Assembly (NCBI GenBank): GCA_964016885.1
Contig: OZ024766.1
Span: 7,936,001-8,000,000, forward strand
Length of the DNA: 64,000 bases
Direction: 5' to 3'
From: Eledone cirrhosa
Taxonomy: Eukaryota
Position numbers and translations under genes: made by a program. The notes beneath the pieces are model-generated. The model was not told where the DNA came from. It was given only the letters and a program-made list of their open reading frames with translations, and did no database searches. Positions 38,054 to 49,899 of the stretch are shown in pieces. Position 1 is the first letter of the stretch, and each line of letters starts with the position of its first letter.

Positions 38054-38127
<74 letters not shown>

Positions 38128-38128
<1 letters not shown>

Positions 38129-38398
38129 GCAAAAGTTCTATTTAAATTGTTGGGATACAACAAGCAAATATTTTTATAACTGATATAAAGCACTCAACAA
38201 GTATTTGGAGTAAATATCCTGATGTCTTCCAAAAGTAACGTTTGCATTTTGAAAGGGTACGTCAATGTTTATTTATAAAACTGGTATATATTGTATTTTG
38301 TCTGATGAAAACATACCATAATTTAACATGGTATCGTTGAAATATGTATAATAAAATAAATATGGTTTTATAAATATAGTTTCCATTTGTTAATATCA
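38128..38398 (+). mobile_element. ~270-bp AT-rich non-coding element with HHR-like motif, embedded in (TA)n
   Basis: CTGATGA (38302), stem AAC-ATACCAT/ATGGTAT-CGTT, GAAA (38339); colinear minus-strand relative at 55435-55672; fragments at ~14375, ~53760 and ~55700. Confidence 0.65.
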
Positions 38399-38526
38399 TA
38401 TATATATATATATATATTGTTATATACTTTGGGAGGGTCATGTTGCCACTAAGAAACACACGCACCAGTTGCTTTCACTCCAATTTATTATAAATTAAAT
38501 TATAAATTTAAAAATTTATGTAAATG

Positions 38527-38685
38527 GTACCCCTATCTTCATTTTGGTACCTCTGTCTTGATGTAAGTACCCCTGTCTTGATGTCAGTACCCTTGTCACG
38601 ATGTAAGTACTCCTGTCATGATGTAAGTACCCCTGTCTTGATGTAGGTACCCCTGTCACGATGTAAGTACCCCTGTCTTGATGTG
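38527..38685. repeat. 20-bp tandem repeat, ~8 copies
   Basis: GTACCCCTGTCTTGATGTAA at 38527, 38547, 38567... Confidence 0.9.
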
Positions 38686-38695
38686 GGTGCATCTT

Positions 38696-40068
38696 AATAT
38701 CTCACATAACATTTACATTACTCTATATATACTATTGTATTTTCACAGTAAAGACTTTACCTCACATAATATCTCACATAACATTTACATTACTCTATAT
38801 ATACTATTGTATTTTCACAGTAAAGGCTTTACCTCACATAATATCTCACATAACATTTACATTACTCTATATATACTATTGTATTTTCACAGTAAAGGCT
38901 TTACCTCACATAATATCTCACATAACATTTACATTACTCTATATATACTATTGTATTTTCACAGTAAAGGCTTTACCTCACATAATATCTCACATAACAT
39001 TTACATTACTCTATATATACTATTGTATTTTCACAGTAAAGGCTTTACCTCACATAATATCTCACATAACATTTACATTACTCTATGTATACTATTGTAT
39101 TTTCACAGTAAAGGCTTTACCTCACATAATATCTCACATAACATTTACATTACTCTATATATACTATTGTATTTTCACAGTAAAGGCTTTACCTCACATA
39201 ATATCTCACATAACATTTACATTACTCTATATATACTATTGTATTGTCACAGTAAAGGCTTTACCTCACATAATATCTCACATAACATTTACATTACTCT
39301 ATATATACTATTGTATTTTCACAGTAAAGGCTTTACTTCACATAATATCTCACATAACATTTACATTACTCTATATATACTATTGTATTGTCACAGTAAA
39401 GGCTTTACCTCACATAATATCTCACATAACATTTACATTACTCTATATATACTATTGTATTTTCACAGTAAATGCTTTACCTCACATAATATCTCACATA
39501 ACATTTACATTACTCTATATATACTATTGTATTTTCACAGTAAAGGCTTTACCTCACATAATACCTCACATAACATTTACATTACTCTATATATACTATT
39601 GTATTTTCATAGTAAAGGCTTTACCTCACATAATATCTCACATAACATTTACATTACTCTATATATACTATTGTATTGTCACAGTAAAGACTTTACCTCA
39701 CATAATATCTCACATAACATTTACATTACTCTATATATACTATTGTATTTTCACAGTAAAGGCTTTACCTCACATAATATCTCACATAACATTTACATTA
39801 CTCTATATATACTATTATATTTTCACAGTAAAGGCTTTACCTCACATAATATCTCACATAACATTTACATTACTCTATATATACTATTGTATTGTCACAG
39901 TAAAGGCTTTACCTCACATAATATCTCACATAACATTTACATTACTCTATATATACTATTGTATTGTCACAGTAAAGACTTTACCTCACATAATATCTCA
40001 CATAACATTTACATTACTCTATATATACTATTGTATTTTCACAGTAAAGGCTTTACTTCACATAATAT
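38696..40068. repeat. 72-bp AT-rich minisatellite, ~19 copies
   Basis: 24-aa period in ORF 38678..40150. Confidence 0.97.
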
Positions 40069-40210
40069 CGAATCTACGAGATTTCGATATTATTTATTTC
40101 GAGAACAATACCTTAACATCAGTATGAGTGGCCAGTTACAGCTGGTTTGACCAGAAAGAGGTGAGAAAATTCTGGCTGTATATGGCTGGTTTAAATGCTA
40201 AAGGGTTAAT
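40069..40210 (-). mobile_element. Possible piggyBac-like transposon terminus
   Basis: Ends GGTTTAAATGCTAAAGGG-TTAA (minus strand TTAA-CCCTTTAGCATTTAAACC); the partner end was not found. Confidence 0.45.
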
Positions 40211-40356
40211 TTATTGATGAAGAATCTTTGAGGGATTTACTAAAATTATTATTTCATTACTAAGATAGTAACTTAACACAGGTTCTTATATAAATTTATG
40301 TTGGAATATTTTAATTTAAATTATAACCTTTTAAAATGGGTGGTTTAGTGTCATAG

Positions 40357-40923
40357 AACCACACTACACTACACCACACTACACTACACTACATTACACT
40401 ACACCACACCTCACTACACCACACCACACAACACCACACTAAACAACACTACACCACACTAAACCACACTACACCACACCAAACCACACTACACTACACC
40501 AAACCACACTACACCACACTACACTACACCACACCACACCACACCAAACCACACCACACTACACCAAACCACACTACACTACACCACACTACACTACACC
40601 ACACTACACTACACCTCACTACACCACACCACACCACACCACACTACACCTCACTACACCACACCACACCACACCACACCACACCACACTACACTACACC
40701 ACACCACACTACACTACACTACACTACACTACACCAAACCACACTACACTACACATCACCACACTACACCACACCATACTATACCACACTACACCACACC
40801 ACACTACACTACACCTCACCACACCACACCACACCACACCACACCACACTACACCACACCACACCACACCACACCACAACACACTACACCACACCACACC
40901 ACACCACACCACACTACACTACC
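40357..40923. repeat. (ACACC/ACACT)n pentanucleotide repeat
   Basis: Directly visible. Confidence 0.95.
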
Positions 40924-41137
40924 CCCTACTGAATGTCAACTCCCATACAGCCCTCCCTCTTACCACATACAACTTACTCCTCTCAGAAGGAGTGGGTGTC
41001 CCTGAATAAGCTGTACACAGGTGTCGACTGATTCAAAGCAGTCATACACCACTGGGGGCCCGGGGCTGGTGCCATGAGACCAGACTGGTGGACATATACT
41101 GAGCCAGTGTCCAGATCTCTGCCCACCTCAGAGTATA

Positions 41138-43046
41138 GACCTCATCTACCCTAAACCCCACTGCCCTGTGAGCTGTTGTAGTACCAGAAGGACCTCATCT
41201 ACCCTAAACCCTACTGCCCTGTGAGCTGTTGTAGTACCAGAAGGACCTCATCTACCCTAACCCTACTGCCCTGTGAGCTGTTGTAGTACCAGAAGGACCT
41301 CATCTACCCTAAACCCTACTGCCCTGTGAGCTGTTGTAGTACCAGAAGGACCTCATCTACCCTAACCCTACTGCCCTGTGAGCTGTTGTAGTACCAGAAG
41401 GACCTCATCTACCCTAACCCTACTGCCCTGTGAGCTGTTGTAGTACCAGAAGGACCTCATCTACCCTAACCCTACTGCCCTGTGAGCTGTTGTAGTACCA
41501 GAAGGACCTCATCTACCCTAACCCTACTGCCCTGTGAGCTGTTGTAGTACCAGAAGGACCACATCTACCCTAAACCACACTGCCCTGTGAGCTGTTGTAG
41601 TACCAGAAGGACCTCATCTACCCTAAACCCCACTGCCCTGTGAGCTGTTGTAGTACCAGAAGGACCTCATCTACCCTAAACCCTACTGCCCTGTGAGCTG
41701 TTGTAGTACCAGAAGGACCTCATCTACCCTAAACCCTACTGCCCTGTGAGCTGTTGTAGTACCAGAAGGACCTCATCTACCCTAAACCCTACTGCCCTGT
41801 GAGCTGTTGTAGTACCAGAAGGACCTCATCTACCCTAAACCCCACTGCCCTGTGAGCTGTTGTAGTACCAGAAGGACCTCATCTACCCTAAACCCCACTG
41901 CCCTGTGAGCTGTTGTAGTACCAGAAGGACCTCATCTACCCTAACCCTACTGCCCTGTGAGCTGTTGTAGTACCAGAAGGACCACATCTACCCTAAACCA
42001 CACTGCCCTGTGAGCTGTTGTAGTACCAGAAGGACCTCATCTACCCTAAACCCCACTGCCCTGTGAGCTGTTGTAGTACCAGAAGGACCTCATCTACCCT
42101 AAACCCTACTGCCCTGTGAGCTGTTGTAGTACCAGAAGGACCTCATCTACCCTAAACCCCACTGCCCTGTGAGCTGTTGTAGTACCAGAAGGACCTCATC
42201 TACCCTAAACCCTACTGCCCTGTGAGCTGTTGTAGTACCAGAAGGACCTCATCTACCCTAAACCCCACTGCCCTGTGAGCTGTTGTAGTACCAGAAGGAC
42301 CTCATCTACCCTAAACCCTACTGTCCTGTGAGCTGTTGTAGTACCAGAAGGACCTCATCTACCCTAAACCCCACTGCCCTGTGAGCTGTTGTAGTACCAG
42401 AAGGACCCCATCTACCCTAAACCCTACTGCCCTGTGAGCTGTTGTAGTACCAGAAGGACCTCATCTACCCTAAACCCTACTGCCCTGTGAGCTGTTGTAG
42501 TACCAGAAGGACCTCATCTACCCTAAACCCCACTGCCCTGTGAGCTGTTGTAGTACCAGAAGGACCCCATCTACCCTAAACCCTACTGCCCTGTGAGCTG
42601 TTGTAGTACCAGAAGGACCTCATCTACCCTAAACCCTACTGCCCTGTGAGCTGTTGTAGTACCAGAAGGACCTCATCTACCCTAAACCCCACTGCCCTGT
42701 GAGCTGTTGTAGTACCAGAAGGACCTCATCTACCCTAAACCCTACTGCCCTGTGAGCTGTTGTAGTACCAGAAGGACCTCATCTACCCTAAACCCCACTA
42801 CCCTGTGAGCTGTTGTAGTACCAGAAGGACCTCATCTACCCTAAACCCTACTGCCCTGTGAGCTGTTGTAGTACCAGAAGGACCTCATCTACCCTAAACC
42901 CTACTGCCCTGTGAGCTGTTGTAGTACCAGAAGGACCTCATCTACCCTAAACCCCACTGCCCTGTGAGCTGTTGTAGTACCAGAAGGACCTCATCTACCC
43001 TAAACCCCACTGCCCTGTGAGCTGTTGTAGTACCAGAAGGACCTCA
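41138..43046. repeat. 53-bp (some 52-bp) minisatellite, ~36 copies
   Basis: GACCTCATCTACCCTAAACCCTACTGCCCTGTGAGCTGTTGTAGTACCAGAAG at 41191, 41244... Confidence 0.97.
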
Positions 43047-43088
43047 TGTGGTCTGTGTCCAGATCTCTACCCACTTAAGAGTATAGAC

Positions 43089-43640
43089 CAGGCATGTCAT
43101 ACTGAGGGTCCCCTGAGGGCCACATGTGTTGTCTGTGGGACACGTGTGTTGTCAGAGGACCACATGGGTCAGACATGTTATCTGCAGGCCTACATGGGTC
43201 ACATATGTTGTCTGAGGCCCACATGGGTCATGCATGTGTTGTCTGCAGGCCTACATGGGTCACACATGTGTTGTCTGAGGCCCACATGGGCCACATATGT
43301 GTTGTCTGAGGCCCACATGAGTCACATATGTTGTCTGAGGCCCACATGGGTCACGCATGTGTTGTCTGAGGCCCACATGGGTCACGCATGTGTTGTCTGA
43401 GGCCCACATGGGTCACACATGTGTTGTCTGAGGCCCACATGGGCCACATATGTGTTGTCTGAGGCCCACATGAGTCACATATGTTGTCTGAGGCCCACAT
43501 GAGTCACATATGTTGTCTGAGGCCCACATGAGTCACATATGTTGTCTGAGACCCACATGGGTCACGCATGTGTTGTCTGAGGCCCACATGGGTCAGATGT
43601 ATGTTGTCTGGAGGCCACATGTGTTGTCTGAGGGCCACAC
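43089..43640 (+). mobile_element. 5' end of hAT MITE family with a ~29-31-bp internal array
   Basis: CAGGCATGTCATACTGAGGGTCCCCTGAGGGCCACATG matches 22686-22723; array of GGCCCACATGGGTCAC...TGTTGTCTGA. Confidence 0.82.
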
Positions 43641-43869
43641 ACTGCAACTTTACAGTGTGGACTGGGTACTTTTTGCTGCGACACCTACATGACCACTTTA
43701 CAGTGTGGACTGGGTACTTTTTGCTGCGACACCTACATGACCACTTTACAGAGTGGACTGGGTGCTTTTTGTCATGACACCTACATGACCACTTTACAGA
43801 GTGGACTGCATGTTTGTGTCCATTCTCCACCCTAGCATAAAACTCACATATATATATATATAAGCTTAT

Positions 43870-44018
43870 CCCGGGGACAATCGGGGGTTAACCACAGTAA
43901 GTAAGGTACTCAATACATTGCAGAGTATAAATATTTAATATAGAAATGGCTTCTACAGGACTAGAACTGTTTCATTCGAAGGAAATCATCAGGGACGGTT
44001 CTAGTCCTGTAGAAGCCA
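43870..44018 (-). mobile_element. Penelope-like short element with HHR core and 21-bp fold-back
   Basis: Minus strand CTGATGA-TTTCCTTCGAAT-GAA-ACAG(TTCTAGTC)CTGT-A; arms at 43947-43967 and 43998-44018; body matches 47920-48000. Confidence 0.7.
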
Positions 44019-44179
44019 ATATATGTGTGTGTGTGTCTGTGTATGTATTTATGTGTGTGCTTGTGTATATATATATATATATATAATTGTCTGTGTATAT
44101 ATAAATATATGTGGGTGTTTGTGTGTATGTGTCTGTGTATGTATGTATCAATGTATATGTATGTATATATGTGTGTGCT

Positions 44180-44211
<32 letters not shown>

Positions 44212-44241
44212 ATTGTCTATATATAAATATATGTGGGTGTT

Positions 44242-44364
<123 letters not shown>

Positions 44365-44700
44365 GTCTATATATAAATATATGTGGGTGTTTATGTGTAT
44401 GTATGTATAAATGTATATGTATGTATTTATGTGTGCTTGTGTATATATATATATATATATACATAATTGTCTGTGTGTATATATAAATATATGTGGGTGT
44501 TTGTGTGTATGTATGTATATATATATATAGATGCATGTGTGCCTATATATTTATGTGTGGGCCTGTCTGTATATGTATGTATGTATGTATATATATATAT
44601 ATATGTGTGTGGTGTGTGTATATCTATGCATGTATATATATATATCATATGTACACACTCATGTCACATGCATGTAAACATTCAATCATTATATTATATA

Positions 44701-44881
44701 TGGCAGAATCGGTAGAGGGTCGGACGCCATGCTTTCTAGCATAGAGTTACGTCCCTTTATGATCTGAGTTCAAATCCCGCCGAGGTTGACTTTGCCTTTC
44801 ATCCTTACGGGGTCGATAAAATAAAGTACCAGTAATGTACTGGGGTAATTACTGGCCTTGTGCCTAAAGTAGAAACAATTA
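44701..44881 (+). mobile_element. SINE family C (Nin/Deu-like domain)
   Basis: Colinear with 8331-8515. Confidence 0.85.
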
Positions 44882-44907
44882 TTTGCTTAAACTTTAATCT
44901 GTTATTT

Positions 44908-44977
<70 letters not shown>

Positions 44978-45004
44978 ATCTATCTCTATTTCCCGTTATA
45001 TATA

Positions 45005-45359
45005 TGGTGTACTTTCCGGTTATTCGCGGAATTTTCCTTAGAACCTAATTAATACGTAATTGTTCGCGGATACCACCGCATATTCGCTGAATCGAAAGTA
45101 TCTTCCGCAATTTTTTTAATGGATTTTTGTTTTTCCTTGGCAATATATATATATATTTTAACACTAAATTATTATTAATATACCGTATTAGCTGGCCCAT
45201 TGGACGTGCCTTCGCATAAGACGATCCATGTTTGTGTTTTTTTTAAAAATTGTAATTTACGTTATATTTTGACGTTTATAGGCATTTTTATGGACCACGT
45301 CCGATATTCGCGGTTTTTCACTCTAGGGACGTAGTCCTGCGAATACCAGGGGCCTACTG
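45005..45359 (-). mobile_element. Possible pogo/Tigger-like DNA transposon remnant
   Basis: Minus strand begins CAGTAGGCCCCTGGTATTCGCAGG, resembling Tigger-type TIRs; TTCGCGG recurs internally; no clean TA TSD. Confidence 0.45.
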
Positions 45360-45525
45360 GGTATATGGGTATATATATATATATATATACATTATATATA
45401 TATATAATATATATATACATATATACATATTGTATACAGTTGTGTGTTTGTTCTTTAAATTCCGTTATATATACTCCAACTATAAATCTACAGGCGTGTA
45501 AACATACATATATACATATATATAT

Positions 45526-45570
45526 ACAACAGTGCATATATACACACACACATTCAGCTTCCCTGTGAAG

Positions 45571-45602
<32 letters not shown>

Positions 45603-45647
45603 CAACAGTGCATATATACACACACACACTCAGCTTCCCTGTGAAGT

Positions 45648-45686
<39 letters not shown>

Positions 45687-45724
45687 CAACAGTGCATATA
45701 TACACACACACTCAGCTTCCCTGT

Positions 45725-45798
<74 letters not shown>

Positions 45799-45836
45799 AC
45801 GGTATACACACACACACTCAGCTTCCCTGTGAAGCA
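45526..45836. repeat. Compound repeat, 4 copies
   Basis: TCAGCTTCCCTGTGAAG separated by (CA)n(TA)n tracts. Confidence 0.88.
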
Positions 45837-46014
45837 CACACACACACATACATGCACGAACGCGTTGACATACATACACTAACACACAACCTCCTGCCCC
45901 AGGCACACACTCACACATTCATTCCAACACACATACACATACACACCAACACACACACACACACACATTCCAACATTCCTGGGCTAAGCAGACGGTTTCC
46001 TCCCCTTTTTTGTG

Positions 46015-46390
46015 TCTCTCCCCTTTATTCCTTAGTCTTTCTCTCTCCTCTTTATTCCTTAGTCTTTCTATCTCCCCTTTATTCCTTAGTCTTTCTATCT
46101 CCCCTTTATTCTTTATTCTTTCTCTCCCCTTTATTCCTTAGTCTTTCTCTCTCCTCTTTATTCCTTAGTCTTCTCTCTCCTCTTTATTCCTTAGTCTTCT
46201 CTCTCCCCTTTATTCCTTAGTCTGTCTCTCTTCCCATTATTCCTTAGTCTTTCTCTCTTCCTTTTATTCCTTAGTCTTTCTCTCTCCTCCTTTATTCCTT
46301 AGTCTTTCTCTCTTCCCTTTATTCCTTAGTCTTTCTCTCTTCCCTTTATTCCTTAGTCTTTCTCTCTCCCCTTTATTCCTTAGTCTCTCT
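46015..46390. repeat. ~27-bp pyrimidine-rich tandem repeat
   Basis: TTTATTCCTTAGTCTTTCTCTCTCC units. Confidence 0.9.
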
Positions 46391-47998
46391 CTTAACAGCC
46401 CCCTCTTTATCTTTCTCCCTTTCTCTCTTTTCACCCCTCTGTCATGCTCTCTCTCTGTCTCTCTTTCGCCCCCCTCCCTACATTCTTCGTTGTTTGTTTT
46501 CCTCGGCGTTCCCTTACCCTACTCCCCTTCCCTTGGCATCTTCGTCATCTGGTCTTCATTACCCCCCTCCCTATCACTATATTTTATCTCGCCCTACCTC
46601 TCTTTCTTCTGCACCTCCCTTGTAATCCCTTTTCCGTCTCCCCTTTAATACCACCCTCTCTATATCTTTTATTATTTTTCTACCTCTCTCTCTCTATATC
46701 GTTTCTCCCCCCTCTCTCTGTCTTTACCTCTTCCCCCTCCTCTAATCTTCCGTTACATTCTTTACCTCCCTGCACCTTCCTTTTTACTCATAACCTCTCG
46801 TTTTCCACTCTCTCTCTGCGCTCCCCCCTTTATACTTTATATATTTCTCTATCTACTCCCCCACTTCTCCCTTTATATTTTATATCTTTCTCTCTGCTCC
46901 TTCCCTTCTATTCTATATCTTTCTCTCTCGTTCTAGTCTCCCTCTCTATATATTCCATACCTCTCACCACTACTCTCTCACTGACTCAACTAACACCCAC
47001 CTCCCTCTCTCTCTCTGTTGTAGCTTTTCATCCCGGGCCTCTGGTGACTGTGTGTGTATATATATAAATACACGTGTGCGTGTGTGTGTGTGTACATATA
47101 TTCGTGTGTGTATATGTATAAATATATATATGTGTGTAGGTGTATATGTATATATGTGTGTGTGTGTGTGGCTGGGTGTGTACACAGCAATTTGATGCTG
47201 TTGGAATGAAGTGTGTGTGTGTGTCGGAATGAAGAGAGCCTCTGTGTGTATGTGATGCTGTATATGTATGTATATGATCAGTGTGTGTGTGTGTATGGTG
47301 TTGTGTATATATATATATATGTGATGCTGTATATATATATATGTGTGTGTATGGTGTTGTATATATATATATGATGCTGTATATATATATATATGTGTGT
47401 ATGGTGTTGTATATATATATATATATATATGATGCTGTATATATATATATGTGTGTATGGTGTTGTATATATATATATATATATGATGCTGTATATATAT
47501 ATATGTGTGTGTGTATGGTGTTGTATATATATATATGATGCTGTATATATATATATATATGTGTGTATGGTGTTGTATATATATATATATATATATATAT
47601 GATGCTGTATATATATATATATGTGTGTGTATGGTGTTGTATATATATATATGATGCTGTATATATATATATATATGTGTGTGTGTATGGTGTTGTATAT
47701 ATATATATAAGACACCATATATATGTGTAGGTATGTATATTCCCTCTGATAGTTTGTATAAATATTGCACATAGATCTATAGAATATGCATACCAACTCT
47801 AACACATATATATCCTAGAAACGATCGTAAAATGATGAATTTTTTTAATATAAGGAACTGTTACTTTGTTTATTCATTATTTTATTAATTTATATATATA
47901 TATATATATATATGTACGTTATTCCGGGTTGAATCGGAGGTAACCACAGTAAGTAAGGTACTCAATACATAGCAGAGTATAAAAGTTTTAATATAGAT

Positions 47999-48051
47999 GA
48001 GATTCTACAGGACTAGAACTGTTTCATTCATTAGAAATCATCAGGAATCTC
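47999..48051 (-). ncRNA. Type I hammerhead ribozyme motif with all three stems
   Basis: GAGATTC-CTGATGA-TTTC(TAAT)GAAT-GAA-ACAG(TTCTAGTC)CTGT-A-GAATCTC: 7-bp stem I, 4-bp stem III, GUA site; stem II closes with a U-U mismatch. Confidence 0.75.
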
Positions 48052-48526
48052 ATATATATATATATATGTGTGTGTGTATGGTGTTGTATATATATATGTG
48101 ATGCTGTATATATATATATATGTGTGTGTATGGTGTTGTATATATATATATATGTGTGATGCTGTATATATATATATATATGTGTGTATGGTGTTGTATA
48201 TATATATATATATGTCTGATGCTGTATATATATATATGCTGTATATATATATATATGCTGTATATATATATATATGTGTGTATGGTGTTGTATATATATA
48301 TATATATGTGTGTGTGTATATGGTGTTGTATATATATATATATATATATGTGTGATGCTGTATATATATATATATATGTGATGCTGTATATATATATGTG
48401 TGATCTGTGTGTATGTGATGCTGTATCTCTCTCTCTCTCTCTCTCTCTATACATACACACATATATATATATGTGTGTGTGATGCTGTATATATATATAT
48501 ATATGTGATACTGCGTGTGTGTGATG

Positions 48527-48579
<53 letters not shown>

Positions 48580-48779
48580 ATACTGCGTGTATGTCGGTGT
48601 ATGATGTATATATATATATATATATATGATACTGTGTGTGTATGATGCTGTATATATATATATATGTGTGATACTGCGTGTATGTCGGTGTATGATGTAT
48701 AAATATGTGATATTGTGTGTGTGTGTGTGTGAGAATTAAAGGGTGTGTGTAGTGTGGTGGAGTATGTGATATGTCAGGG

Positions 48780-49830
48780 CGTGGTGTATAGGTGTTGCTG
48801 TACTGGGGTGTGTGTGTGTAGTGTTTGTTGTGTACTGGGATGTGTGTGTGTGTGTAGTGTACTGGAATGTGTGTGTAGTGTTTGTTGTGTACTGGGATGT
48901 GTGTGTGTGTAGTGTTTGTTGTGTACTGGGATGTGTGTGTGTGTGTAGTGTACTGGAATGTGTGTGTAGTGTTTGTTGTGTACTGGGATGTGTGTGTGTG
49001 TGTAGTGTACTGGAATGTGTGTGTGTGTGTATAGGTGTTGCTGTACTGGGGTGTGTGTGTGTGTAGTGTTGTTTGTGTACTGGGATGTGTGTGTGTGTGT
49101 AGTGTACTGGAATGTGTGTGTGTGTATAGGTGTTGCTGTACTGGGGTGTGTGTGTGTGTGTAGTGTTGTTTGTGTACTGGGATGTGTGTGTGTGTGTGTA
49201 GTGTTGTTTGTGTACTGGGATGTGTGTGTGTGGTGTGTAGTGTTGTTTGTGTACTGGGATGTGTGTGTGTGTGTGTGTAGTGTTGTTTGTGTACTGGGAT
49301 GTGTGTGTGTGGTGTGTAGTGTTGTTTGTGTACTGGGATGTGTGTGTGTGTGTGTGTGTAGTGTTGTTTGTGTACTGGGATGTGTGTGTGTGTGTGTGTG
49401 TAGTGTTGTTTGTGTACTGGGGTGTGTGTGTGTGTGTAGTGTTGTTTGTGTACTGGGATGTGTGTGTGTGTAGTGTTGTTTGTGTACTGGGATGTGTGTG
49501 TATGTAATGTACTGGAATGTGTGTGTGTATGTAGTGTTTGTGTACTGGGATGTGTGTGTATGTAATGTACTGGAATGTGTGTGTGTATGTAGTGTTTGTG
49601 TACTGGGATGTGTGTGTGTGTAGTGTTTGTGTACTGGTGTGTGTGTGTGTGTAGTGTTTGTGTACTGGAATGTGTGTGTGTATGTAGTGTTTGTGTACTG
49701 GGATGTGTGTGTATGTAATGTACTGGAATGTGTGTGTGTGTAGTGTTTGTGTACTGGAATGTGTGTGTGTATGTAATGTACTGGGATGTGTGTGTGTGTG
49801 TAGTGTTTGTGTACTGGTGTGTGTGTGGTG
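48780..49830. repeat. (GT)n compound minisatellite
   Basis: GTAGTGTTTGTGTACTGG(G/A)A units separated by (GT)n. Confidence 0.9.
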
Positions 49831-49899
49831 TTATTGTGGTAGTAGTAGTAGTTGTAGTAGTGTGATGTGGTGGTGCAGGTAGTAGTAATAATGATGTGG

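Noticed and set aside
38678-40150. 490-aa ORF with 24-aa repeats
   Set aside because: A 72-bp minisatellite whose unit length is a multiple of three; no other coding evidence.
40972-41140. Possible minus-strand exon ending at a GTAAGT donor (40977-40972)
   Set aside because: Only ~50 open codons, no recognisable protein, no convincing acceptor, and partly duplicated at ~43055; not excluded without RNA-seq.
47745-47832. GAAACGATCGTA palindromic HHR 3' half
   Set aside because: No CTGANGA or stem II at a suitable distance.
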